Source of the DNA: Euprymna scolopes
Lineage: Eukaryota
Strand: one strand, 5' to 3'
NCBI GenBank assembly: GCA_053919585.1
Contig: CM132795.1
Length of the DNA: 64,000 bases
Shown here: positions 10,457 through 23,200 of the stretch, piece by piece
Layout: each line of letters starts with the position of its first letter
Numbering within the stretch: the stretch's first letter is position 1
The notes under the pieces: generated by a model
The model's input: only the letters and a program-made list of their open reading frames with translations
Told to the model about the DNA's origin: nothing
Databases searched by the model: none
Made by a program: the position numbers and the translations under genes

Positions 10457-11420
10457 TGTGTGAGAGAAAGTAAGTTCCCTATAGACTCCTAAACGGCTGT
10501 GGCAATTTGTTTTCTTTCACACAGATGTACATTATATCACTGGCAGTGTTGTTTTTATCAGAATGTGACAGAGCTTTATTATGTGAGAAATCCAAGGCGG
10601 TTTCCACTTACCTTGCTGGTTCCATTTGTTTAGTTGGTAGGATTGATAATAACATTTTGATACTAATAATGTTTGGCTAATCAAACTATGTGTTCCGAGA
10701 GATGGTAGTGGGTTATTGTTTTGAGATTTTGTCGACGCGGATGTGAACCCGATGTTTCAAAGTTGCACCATGTAAGAAACTTTTGATGAAAAATTACTTA
10801 ATTAATATCCACACGTGATTTTACCAAATTGGTCAATTAGGGTGAATTCAATTTTGACGCTACCAAGGTGGATTGGCTGAATAAAACCCAGACGTCGTCA
10901 AACTCACTCCGTTACCATACTATAAGGTGTGCAGGAATGAGTTTTGGCAGTTGAATTGATTTTTTTCTGTGCGAACTGTTCACACGACTGTAAAACTGCG
11001 TTATTAAAAAAGGAAAATTGCATATATTTTTCATTTAATTTTACTATATAGTAGCAAATATTGTATTCGTGAGTTTTTTAATGATTTATCTTTATAAAAA
11101 TGAGTATTTACGATTGGAATTTATCATATTCGTTGCATACGGAATTCGTGACTTAAATATAAAACGAACGCCGTCTATGTGAGTTGATTTCTTTCAGGAG
11201 ACAGCAAGCAGGTAAAAGCGGTCAAATCCAACGCTGGTCCAAACTGTCGTCTGTGGCACTCATATTTTCCTGGAAACTTTTAGTTGTTCTCTTTGTTTGT
11301 TTCTTTCCTCCTATTTCATCAGCCCCTGTCATCGTATAGGCAATCAAGGCCACGCTACTGACCTTTGTTGGGTGTTCCGAAATTGAAACCCTTAGGACTT
11401 CGGAGTCTTCACTTGTTACA
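10457..11420 (+). mobile_element. Putative 5' LTR (copy A) of a decayed LTR retroelement
   Basis: Colinear with 59115-60611 (e.g. TTCCATTTGTTT, GGATGTGAACCCGA, TAAAACTGCGTTA, AAATATAAAACGAACGCC, TTGATTTCTTTCAGGAGACAGCAA, TTAGGACT). Begins TGTGTGAGAGAAAGTAAGT, ends GTTACA and is followed by a PBS-like sequence. Confidence 0.6.
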
Positions 11421-11676
11421 TTTTGTGCCATGACCAGAAATCACCCTGAGTTGAGAACAATCATGAACATTAGTCACATTTGGTGACCGTCACGATCACG
11501 CAGGATTTTATCTCTGTTAGACAATCACGAACTTTGGTCACTTTTAGTTGCCGTCACGCAGAATTCTGACCCTGTTACATCTATTAGAGCACATCAGTTT
11601 GATCCTGTTATAGTTGGTGTCAGTAACGCAAGATTTCACGTCTGGAGATTGTGTCAACCCACAGTGCTGGGTGAGT
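11415..11676 (+). promoter_or_regulatory. Tandem array of five LTR-end + primer-binding-site-like cassettes, followed by a GTGAGT splice-donor-like motif
   Basis: GTTACA-tt-TTGTGCCATGACCAGAAATC (11423); GTCACA-tt-TGGTGACCGTCACG (11481); GTCACT-tt-TAGTTGCCGTCACGCAGAATTC (11545); GTTACA-TCTATTAGAGCACATCAGTTTGATCC (11580); GTTATA-gt-TGGTGTCAG (11615); G|GTGAGT at 11671. Confidence 0.55.
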
Positions 11677-11728
11677 AAATTTTCTCTTTTGACTTCAGCT
11701 ATTTTTGCCTTTTTCGTCGGTGTGGACC

Positions 11729-11729
<1 letters not shown>

Positions 11730-11785
<56 letters not shown>
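11730..11785. repeat. (GA)n microsatellite
   Basis: Directly visible. Confidence 0.95.
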
Positions 11786-11787
<2 letters not shown>

Positions 11788-11868
11788 ATTAATATAAAAG
11801 AAAATATAACTATTGATTAACAGTAGTTATATGTTAAAGTGAAAAATAGTTAACGCTTTTATTGTTTG

Positions 11869-11870
<2 letters not shown>

Positions 11871-11937
<67 letters not shown>
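11871..11937. repeat. (AT)n microsatellite
   Basis: Directly visible; the Helitron 3' end abuts it. Confidence 0.95.
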
Positions 11938-11938
<1 letters not shown>

Positions 11939-12725
11939 TAGCAGTTCAGCCCGGGTTTGCTCGGACCCTGTGTATTGTTCATAACTTTATGTGCATATGA
12001 ATATATATATATTATATATTTGGAATCATGTCCAGGAAACCTACATCTAAAATTTCAAGTGTTTAGACCAAAAATTGACGGAGGAGTTTGCAGAGGTCAA
12101 CTTTTCCAACTTTGACCTCTTGGCAGCCAAATTTTCGCCCAAAAACTAATTTAAAACCTTGCTGCATGTTTGAAACCACTTTATGTAAAATTTCAAATGT
12201 TAAGACCCAAAACTGGCTGAATAGTTTGCTAGAGACCGCAAAGCTAAAATCTTTTGAACTGTGACCTCTTGACAGCCAAATTTTCGACCTATAACCGATT
12301 AAAAACCTTGCCCTATGTCTGAATACACTTTATGTAAAATTTCAAATGTTTAGACCCAAAATTGGCTGGGTAATTTGGTAGAGACCGCAGAGGTCAAATT
12401 TTTTAAAACTTTGACTCCAATTTTGACCCCTTAACATTAATTGTTTTGGGCTCAAATCAAGTTAAAATGTTTGATCCATTTCCAAGTAACCTGCCTCTAA
12501 ATATTTAAGTGTTTAGACCCAAAATTGGCGAAGGAGTTTGGTAGAGTTTTGACCTCTTGACAAATTTAAGGCCAAAATCTGATTTAAAAGATTTCCCAAA
12601 TCTCAATACCCCTTATGTAAAATCTGTAGTCTGTAGACTGAAAATTGACAGAGTAGTTTGGTAGTGAAATGTACACACACATACACACACATATACTCGC
12701 ACACAGACAATTTCACTTTTATAGA
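11938..12725 (-). mobile_element. Non-autonomous Helitron with an internal tandem array of ~120-160-bp units
   Basis: Minus strand starts TCTATAAAAGTGAAA (12725) followed by a (TG)-rich tract, and ends with the hairpin CCGAG-CAAA-CCCGG then CTAG|T (11941-11938). The unit AAAATTTCAAGTGTTTAGACCCAAAATTGGC...GTTTGGTAGAG recurs at ~12049, 12187, 12336, 12498 and 12618. Confidence 0.8.
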
Positions 12726-14218
12726 AAAATGTTTGATGCCTATAAACTACCGAATGTAGTGCCACGGTGTCTAACACACTCTACAGCATGGCCGAGTTTT
12801 GATTTGGCCATAAGCGTAGAGATACAAAGAAATGCATTCCCAGAATTCCCTTTCTAGATCGATCTTTTTCTGCACGGACTGTTATGAGGTGAGCACGCAT
12901 ATTTCTTTCTCTCCGTAAATGGGGGGAGCGCCCCTCCCTCAATACTAGTTAGGGTATGTTAGTTAGTTTTGAAAAGTCTATTGCTTATGTTTAATTGTAA
13001 AAATTAATTTTAATTTGTATATTGTATTGTAATATATTTTTTGTAAAACAAATAGTTAAGATTATGCGATATATAATACAATTGTGTCGCGTGTCGTTTT
13101 TTGTGTCTGACATAAATACCTTCATTGAAGAACGAGGTGGCCCTGAGAAAAAGTAAGATTCCAACCCGAATGCCACCAAAGGTCAAGTCGTTTCCTGGGA
13201 GAAGAAGGATCCACACAGCCACATCGAACATCGTAGGTATGCTTTTCTTCTTACAGACTCTAACGACTGGCCCATCGTCACATCATCATGGAACCGTGTC
13301 TAAGACGATTAGTGTAACAGTCTCATGCCAGTGACCGGCTGATCGGGTTATATAAGCTGTGTTTAAAGAAAGAAGATTAGTGTTTGTAATTACAATTTTT
13401 TAAGCCCGAGTCGTGCTTTAAAAAAAGGAAAGAGTGCCGAATTTAACGTGTAATGGCTGTTGTTAATCAGTAATTGAATAAATTGAAAATGAGTGCTTAG
13501 GCGGGAACAAAAGTTGTCGATCCAAGAGAGTCGGATGGATAGTTGCACGCGGTCAGTGAGAGACATTGTTTTGGGTGCGTATGAATCTGCGGGTGGATTG
13601 GTATCACGATTTACCGAGCGGAAATTAAAAAAGCAGTCTCGATTGTCCTGGGAGTAGCTGCGGTCATCACGAAAGAAAGAGCACTCTGGTAAGAGGATCA
13701 CGGTCAGGAGGATGTTCAAACTCGAAAAGCGAGCGAGTGAAGTAAGCTCGGTGAAAGGTGAAAGACCCATTCAACCTCCATTAGCAGATGCGCTAGGACA
13801 AGCGTTATTGGACGGAGACATTAGGGCAGATGTCGCTAGATTTTGACTTGGCCCCAGACAATGTTGTGGAAGGTCGCCAACGTGCAAAAATGTCACGACC
13901 GATAATGGTCAATAAAATCCCGCTGCGCCCGATGTCGAAACCAGACGAAAACTGGGAGGAAAAGTCATGGAGCAGTCCGGAATGTTGTCACTTTAGCCAC
14001 GAATCTAAGTGGTGTACTGACGCGGCAGATTGCCGACAGGGGATTAAAAAGTAGGAGTACATAATGCCCCACGATCCCCCAAATGGCAAGGTTTGGAGAA
14101 TCGAGCCTGCCCTTGCCCAACGATGGGGATATTGATACTGATGGTCATTGGTTGCAAGAGAAGGGGCGAGAATCAGTGAAACCACCTGTAAAAGTCTGTT
14201 GATGTTTATTTGTGTTTG

Positions 14219-17200
14219 ACGATAATTTGAAGGCCTTTAAACTGAATGCTTCTGATTTATGTTTATGCTTGAGATTATTTTATTCTTAAGGATAAATTGA
14301 AAGTCTTGGAACTGATTGTTTCTGTTTTTTTGAAAAAAAAATGTCGTGTGTGCTTTGATACTATTTTATTTTTAACGATAAATTGAAAGTCTTGGAACTG
14401 ATTGTTTCTGGGGGGGGGTTAAATGTTGTCGTGTGTGCTTTGATACTATTTTATTCTTAACCATAAATTGAAAGTCTTGGAACTGATTGTTTCTGTTTTT
14501 TGAAAAAAAATGTTGTCGTGTGTGCTTTGATACTATTTTATTTTTAACGATAAATTGAAAGTCTTGGAACTGATTGTTTCTGTTTCTTGAAAAAACAATG
14601 TTGTCGTGTGTGCTTTGATACTATTTTATTTTTAAGGATATATTGAAAGTCTTGGAACTGATTGTTTCCGTTTTTTGAAAAAACATGTTGTCGTGTGTGC
14701 TTTGATACTATTTTATTTTTAACGATAAATTGAAAGTCTTGGAACTGATTGTTTCTGTTTCTTGAAAAAAAATGTTGTCGTGTGTGCTTTGATACTATTT
14801 TATTTTTCACGATATATTGAAAGTCTTGGAACTGATTGTTTCTGTTTTTTGAAAAAAAAATGTTGTCGTGTGTGCTTTGATACTATTTTATTTTTAACGA
14901 TAAATTGAAAGTCTTGGAACTGATTGTTTCCGTTTTTTGAAAAAACATGTTGTCGTGTGTGCTTGGATACTATTTTATTTTTAACGATAAATTGAAAGTC
15001 TTGGAACTGATTGTTTCCGTTTTTTTTAAAAACATGTTGTCGTGTGTGCTTTGATACTATTTTATTTTTAACGATAAATTGAAAGTCTTGGAACTGATTG
15101 TTTCAGTTTTTTGAAAAAAATCTTGTCGTGTGTGCTTTGATACTATTTTATTTTTAACGATAAATTGAAAGTCTTGGAACTGATTGTTTCTGTTTTTTGA
15201 AAAGAAATGTTGTCGTGTGTGCTTTGATACTATTTTATTTTTAACGATAAATTGAAAGTCTTGGAACTGATTGTTTCTGTTTTTTGAAAAAAAATGTTGT
15301 CGTGTGTGCTTTGATACTATTTTATTTTTAACGATATATTGAAAGTCTTGGAACTGATTGTTTCTGTTTTTTGAAAAAAAAATGTTGTCGTGTGTGCTTT
15401 GATACGATTTTATTTTTAACGATATATTGAAAGTCTTGGAACTGATTGTTTCTGTTTTTTGAAAAAAATGTTTTCGTGTGTGCTTTGATACTATTTTATT
15501 TTTAACGATAAATGTAAAGTCTTGGAACTGATTGTTTCTGGGGTTTTTTTAAATGTTGTAATGTGTGCTTTGATACTATTTTATTCTTAACCATAAATTG
15601 CAAGTCTTGGAACTGATTGTTTCTGTTTTTTGAAAAAAAATGTTGTCGTGTGTGCTTTGATACTATTTTATTTTTAACGATATATTGAAAGTCTTGGAAC
15701 TGATTGTTTCTGTTTTTTGAAAAAAAATGTTGTCGTGTGTGCTTTGATACTATTTTATTTTTAACGATAAATTGAAAGTCTTGGAACTGATTGTTTCTGT
15801 TTCTTGAAATACAATGTTGTCGTGTGTGCTTTGATACTATTTTATTTTTAACGATATATTAAAAGTCTTGGAACTGATTGTTTCCGTTTTTGAAAAAACA
15901 TGTTGTCGTGTGTGCTTTGATACTATTTTATTTTTAACGATAAATTGAAAGTCTTGGAACTGATTGTTTCTGTTTCTTGAAAAAAAATGTTGTCGTGTGT
16001 GCTTTGATACTATTTTATTTTTAACGATAAATTGAAAGTCTTGGAACTGATTGTTTCTGTTTTTTGAAAAAAAAATGTTGTCGTGTGTGCTTTGATACTA
16101 TTTTATTTTTAACGATAAATTGAAAGTCTTGGAACTGATTGTTTCCGTTTTTTGAAAAAAACATGTTGTCGTGTGTGCTTTGATACTATTTTATTTTTAA
16201 CGATAAATTGAAAGTCTTCGAACTGATTGTTTCCGTTTTTTTAAAAAACATGTTGTCGTGTGTGCTTTGATACTATTTTATTTTTAACGATAAATTGAAA
16301 GTCTTGGAACTGATTGTTTCTGTTTTTTGAAAAAAAAATGTTGTCGTGTGTGCTTTGATACTATTTTATTTTTAACGATAAATGCAAAGTCTTGGAAATG
16401 ATTGTTTCTGTTTTTTGAAAAGAAATGTTGTCGTGTGTGCTTTGATACTATTTTATTTTTAACGATAAATTGAAAGTCCTGGAACTGATTGTTTCAGTTT
16501 TTTGAAAAAAATCTTGTCGTGTGTGCTTTGATACTATTTTATTTTTAACGATAAATTGAAAGTCTTGGAACTGATTGTTTCTGTTTTTTGAAAAGAAATG
16601 TTGTCGTGTGTGCTTTGATACTATTTTATTTTTAACGATAAATTGAAAGTCTTGGAACTGATTGTTTCTGTTTTTTGAAAAAAAATGTTGTCGTGTGTGC
16701 TTTGATACTATTTTATTTTTAACGATATATTGAAAGTCTTGGAACTGATTGTTTCTGTTTTTTGAAAAAAAAATGTTGTCGTGTGTGCTTTGATACGATT
16801 TTATTTTTAACGATATATTGAAAGTCTTGGAACTGATTGTTTCTGTTTTTTGAAAAAAATGTTGTCGTGTGTGCTTTGATACTATTTTATTTTTAACGAT
16901 AAATGTAAAGTCTTGGAACTGATTGTTTCTGGGGTTTTTTTAAATGTTGTCGTGTGTGCTTTGATACTATTTTATTCTTAACCATAAATTGAAAGTCTTG
17001 AAACTGATTGTTTCTGTTTCTTGAAATACAATGTTGTCGTGTGTGCTTTGATACTATTTTATTTTTAACGATATATTAAAAGTCTTGGAACTGATTGTTT
17101 CCGTTTTTGAAAAAACATGTTGTCGTGTGTGCTTTGATACTATTTTATTTTTAACGATAAATTGAAAGTCTTGGAACTGATTGTTTCTGTTTCTTGAAAA

Positions 17201-20200
17201 AAAATGTTGTCGTGTGTGCTTTGATACTATTTTATTTTTAACGATAAATTGAAAGTCTTGGAACTGATTGTTTCTGTTTTTTGAAAAAAAAATGTTGTCG
17301 TGTGTGCTTTGATACTATTTTATTTTTAACGATAAATTGAAAGTCTTGGAACTGATTGTTTCCGTTTTTTGAAAAAACATGTTGTCGTGTGTGCTTTGAT
17401 ACTATTTTATTTTTAACGATAAATTGAAAGTCTTCGAACTGATTGTTTCCGTTTTTTTAAAAAACATGTTGTCGTGTGTGCTTTGATACTATTTTATTTT
17501 TAACGATAAATTGAAAGTCTTGGAACTGATTGTTTCTGTTTTTTGAAAAAAAAATGTTGTCGTGTGTGCTTTGATACTATTTTATTTTTAACGATAAATG
17601 CAAAGTCTTGGAACTGATTGTTTCTGTTTTTTGAAAAGAAATGTTGTCGTGTGTGCTTTGATACTATTTTATTTTTAACGATAAATTGAAAGTCTTGGAA
17701 CTGATTGTTTCTGTTTTTAGAAAAAAAATGTTGTCGTGTGTGCTTTGATACTATTTTATTTTTAACAATATATTGAAAGTCTTGGAACTGATTGTTTCTG
17801 TTTTTTGAAAAAACATGTTTTCGTGTTTGCTTTGATACTATTTTATTTTTAACGATAAATTGAAAGTCTTGAAACTGATTGTTTCTGTTTCTTTAAAAAA
17901 AAAATTGTCGTGTGTGCTTTGTTACTATTTTATTTTTAACGATATATTGAAAGTCTTGGAACTGATTGTTTCTGTTTTTGGAAAAAAAAATGTTGCCGTG
18001 TTTGCTTATATACTATATTATTTTTAACGATAAATTGAAAGTCTTGGAACTGATTGTTTCTTTTTCTTGAATACAAATTTGTCGTGTGTGCTTTGATACT
18101 ATTTTATTTTTAACGATATATTGAAAGTCTTGGAACTGATTGTTTCTGTTTTTTGAAAAAAAAATGTTGTCGTGTTTGCTTTGATACTATTTTATTTTTA
18201 ACTATATATTGAAAGTCTTGGAACTGATTGTTACTGTTTTTTGAAAAAAAAATGTTGTCGTGTGTGCTTTGATACTATTTTATTTTTAACGATAAATTGA
18301 AAGTCTTGGAACTGATTGTTTCTGTTTTTTGAAAAAAAAATGTTGTCGTGTGTGCTTTGATACTATTTTATTTTTAACGATTAATTGAAAGTCTTGGGAC
18401 TGATTGTTTCTGTTTTTTGAACAAAAATGTTGTCGTGTGTGCTTTGATACTATTTTATTTTTAACGATAAATTGAAAGTCTTGGAACTGATTGTTTCTGT
18501 TTTTTGAAAAAAAATGTTGTCGTGTGTGCTTTGATACTATTCTATTTTTAACGATATATTGAAAGTCTTGGAACTGATTGTTTCTGTTTTTTGAAAAAAA
18601 ATGTTGTCGTGTGTGCTTTGATACTATTTTATTTTTAACGATAAATTGAAAGTCTTGGAACTGATTGTTTCTGTTTTTTGAAAAAACATGTTGTCGTGTG
18701 TGCTTTGATACTATTTTATTTTTAACGATATATTGAAAGTCTTGGAACTGATTGTTTCTGTTTTTTGAAAAAAAAATGTTGTCGTGTGTGCTTTGATACG
18801 ATTTTATTTTTAACGATATATTGAAAGTCTTGGAACTGATTGTTTCTGTTTTTTGAAAAAAATGTTGTCGTGTGTGCTTTGATACTATTTTATTTTTAAC
18901 GATAAATTGAAAGTCTTGGAACTGATTGTTTCTGGGTTTTTTTTAAATGTTGTCATGTGTGCTTTGATACTATTTTATTCTTAACCATAAATTGAAAGTC
19001 TTGGAACTGATTGTTTCTGTTTTTTGAAAAAAAATGTTGTCGTGTGTGCTTTGATACTATTTTATTTTTAACGATAAATTGAAAGTCTTGGAACTGATTG
19101 TTTCTGTTTTTTGAAAAAAATGTTGTCGTGTGTGCTTTGATACTATTTTATTTTTAACGATAAATTGAAAGTCTTGGAACTGATTGTTTCTGTTTCTTGA
19201 AAAAAAATGTTGTCGTGTGTGCTTTGATACTATTTTATTTTTAACGATATATTAAAAGTCTTGGAACTGATTGTTTTCGTTTTTTGAAAAAACATGTTGT
19301 CGTGTGTGCTTTGATACTATTTTATTTTTAACGATAAATTGAAAGTCTTGGAACTGATTGTTTCTGTTTCTTGAAAAAAAATGTTGTCGTGTGTGCTTTG
19401 ATACTATTTTATTTTTAACGATAAATTGAAAGTCTTGGAACTGATTGTTTCTGTTTTTTGAAAAAAAAATGTTGTCGTGTGTGCTTTGATACTATTTTAT
19501 TTTTAACGATAAATTGAAAGTCTTGGAACTGATTGTTTCCGTTTTTTGAAAAAACATGTTGTCGTGTGTGCTTTGATACTATTTTATTTTAAACGATAAA
19601 TTGAAAGTCTTCGAGCTGATTGTTTCTGTTTTTTGAAAAAAAAATGTTGTCGTGTGTGCTTTGATACTATTTTATTTTTAACGATAAATGTAAAGTCTTG
19701 GAACTGATTGTTTCTGTTTTTTGAAAAGAAATGTTGTCGTGTGTGCTTTGATATTATTTTATTTTTAACGATTAATTGAAAGTCTTGGAACTGATTGTTT
19801 CTGTTTTTTGAAAAAAAATGTTGTCGTGTGTGCTTTGATACTATTTTATTTTTAACGATATATTGAAAGTCTTGGAACTGATTGTTTCTGTTTTTTGAAA
19901 AAACATGTTGTCATGTGTGCTTTGATACTATTTTATTTTTAACGATATATTGAAAGTCTTGGAACTGATTGTTTCTGTTTTTTGAAAAAACATGTTTTCG
20001 TGTTTGCTTTGATACTATTTTATTTTTAACGATAAATTGAAAGTCTTGAAACTGATTGTTTCTGTTTCTTGAAAAAAAAAATTGTCGTGTGTGCTTTGTT
20101 ACTATTTTATTTATAACGATATATTGAAAGTCTTGGAACTGATTGTTTCTGTTTTTGGAAAAAAAATTTGTCGTGTGTGCTTTGATACTATTTTATTTTT

Positions 20201-23200
20201 AACGATATATTGAAAGTCTTTGAACTGATTGTTTCTGTTTTTTGAAAAAAAAATGTTGTCGTGTTTGCTTATATACTATATTATTTTTAACGATAAATTG
20301 AAAGTCTTGGAACTGATTGTTTCTTTTTCTTGAAAAAAAATTTGTCGTGTGTGCTTTGATACTATTTTATTTTTAACGATATATTGAAAGTCTTGGAACT
20401 GATTGTTTCTGTTTTTTGAAAAAAAAATGTTGTCGTGTTTGCTTTGATACTATTTCATTTTTAACGATATATTGAAAGTCTTGGAACTGATTGTTTCTGT
20501 TTTTTGAAAAAAAATGTTGTCGTGTGTGCTTTGATACTATTTTATTTTTAACGATAAATTGAAAGTCTTTGGACTGATTGTTTCTGTTTTTTGAACAAAA
20601 ATGTTGTCGTGTGTGCTTTGATACTATTTTATTTTTAACGATAAATTGAAAGTCTTGGAACTGATTGTTTCTGTTTTTTGAAAAAAATGTTGTCGTGTGT
20701 GCTTTGATACTATTCTATTTTTAACGATATATTGAAAGTCTTGGAACTGATTGTTTCTGTTTTTTGAAAAAAAATGTTGTCGTGTGTGCTTTGATACTAT
20801 TTTATTTTTAACGATAAATTGAAAGTCTTGGAACTGATTGTTTCTGTTTTTTGAAAAGAAATGTTGTCGTGTGTGCTTTGATACTATTTTATTTTTAACG
20901 ATAAATTGAAAGTCTTGGAACTGATTGTTTCTGTTTTTTGAAAAAAAATGTTGTCGTGTGTGCTTTGATACTATTTTATTTTTAACGATATATTGAAAGT
21001 CTTGGAACTGATTGTTTCTGTTTTTTGAAAAAAAAATGTTGTCGTGTGTGCTTTGATACGATTTTATTTTTAACGATATATTGAAAGTCTTGGAACTGAT
21101 TGTTTCTGTTTTTTGAAAAAAATGTTGTCGTGTGTGCTTTGATACTATTTTATTTTTAACGATAAATTGAAAGTCTTGGAACTGATTGTTTCTGGGTTTT
21201 TTTTAAATGTTGTCGTGTGTGCTTTGATACTATTTTATTTTTAACGATATATTAAAAGTTCTTGGAACTGATTGTTTTCGTTTTTTGAAAAAACATGTTG
21301 TCGTGTGTGCTTTGATACTATTTTATTTTTAACGATAAATTGAAAGTCTTGGAACTGATTGTTTCTGTTTCTTGAAAAAAAATGTTGTCGTGTGTGCTTT
21401 GATACTATTTTATTTTTAACGATAAATTGAAAGTCTTGGAACTGATTGTTTCTGTTTTTTGAAAAAAAAATGTTGTCGTGTGTGCTTTGATACTATTTTA
21501 TTTTTAACGATAAATTGAAAGTCTTGGAACTGATTGTTTCCGTTTTTTGAAAAAACATGTTGTCGTGTGTGCTTTGATACTATTTTATTTTAAACGATAA
21601 ATTGAAAGTCTTCGAGCTGATTGTTTCTGTTTTTTGAAAAAAAAATGTTGTCGTGTGTGCTTTGATACTATTTTATTTTTAACGATAAATGTAAAGTCTT
21701 GGAACTGATTGTTTCTGTTTTTTGAAAAGAAATGTTGTCGTGTGTGCTTTGATATTATTTTATTTTTAACGATAAATTGAAAGTCTTGGAACTGATTGTT
21801 TCTGTTTTTTGAAAAAAAATGTTGTCGTGTGTGCTTTGATACTATTTTATTTTTAACGATAAATTGAAAGTCTTGGAACTGATTGTTTCTGTTTTTAGAA
21901 AAAAAATGTTGTCGTGTGTGCTTTGATACTATTTTATTTTTAACGATATATTGAAAGTCTTGGAACTGATTGTTTCTGTTTTTTGAAAAAACATGTTGTC
22001 ATGTGTGCTTTGATACTATTTTATTTTTAACGATATATTGAAAGTCTTGGAACTGATTGTTTCTGTTTTTTGAAAAAACATGTTTTCGTGTTTGCTTTGA
22101 TACTATTTTATTTTTAACGATAAATTGAAAGTCTTGAAACTGATTGTTTCTGTTTCTTGAAAATAAAAATTGTCGTGCGTGCTTTGTTACTATTTTATTT
22201 ATAACGATATATTGAAAGTCTTGGAACTGATTGTTTCTGTTTTTGGAAAAAAAATTTGTCGTGTGTGCTTTGATACTATTTTATTTTTAACGATAAATTG
22301 AAAGTCTTGGAACTGATTGTTTCTGTTTTTTGAAAAAAAAATGTTGTCGTGTTTGCTTATATACTATATTATTTTTAACGATAAATTGAAAGTCTTGGAA
22401 CTGATTGTTTCTTTTTCTTGAAAAAAAATTTGTCGTGTGTGCTTTGATACTATTTTATTTTTAACGATATATTGAAAGTCTTGGAACTGATTGTTTCTGT
22501 TTTTTGAAAAAAAAATGTTGTCGTGTTTGCTTTGATACTATTTCATTTTTAACGATATATTGAAAGTCTTGGAACTGATTGTTTCTGTTTTTTGAAAAAA
22601 AATGTTGTCGTGTGTGCTTTGATACTATTTTATTTTTAACGATAAATTGAAAGTCTTGGAACTGATTGTTTCTGTTTTTTGAAAAAAAAATGTTGTCGTG
22701 TGTGCTTTGATACTATTTTATTTTTAACGATTAATTGAAAGTCTTGGGACTGATTGTTTCTGTTTTTTGAACAAAAATGTTGTCGTGTGTGCTTTGATAC
22801 TATTTTATTTTTAACGATAAATTGAAAGTCTTGGAACTGATTGTTTCTGTTTTTTGAAAAAAATGTTGTCGTGTGTGCTTTGATACTATTCTATTTTTAA
22901 CGATATATTGAAAGTCTTGGAACTGATTGTTTCTGTTTTTTGAAAAAAAATGTTGTCGTGTGTGCTTTGATACTATTTTATTTTTAACGATAAATTGAAA
23001 GTCTTGGAACTGATTGTTTCTGTTTTTTGAAAAGAAATGTTGTCGTGTGTGCTTTGATACTATTTTATTTTTAACGATAAATTGAAAGTCTTGGAACTGA
23101 TTGTTTCTGTTTTTGAAAAAAAATGTTGTCGTGTGTGCTTTGATACTATTTTATTTTTAACGATATATTGAAAGTCTTGGAACTGATTGTTTCTGTTTTT

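Noticed and set aside
11186-11216. TTTCTTTCAG|GAGACAGCAAGCAG|GTAAAA as a host micro-exon
   Set aside because: It lies inside the LTR-like repeat, and the homologous copy at ~60287-60315 lacks the GT donor.
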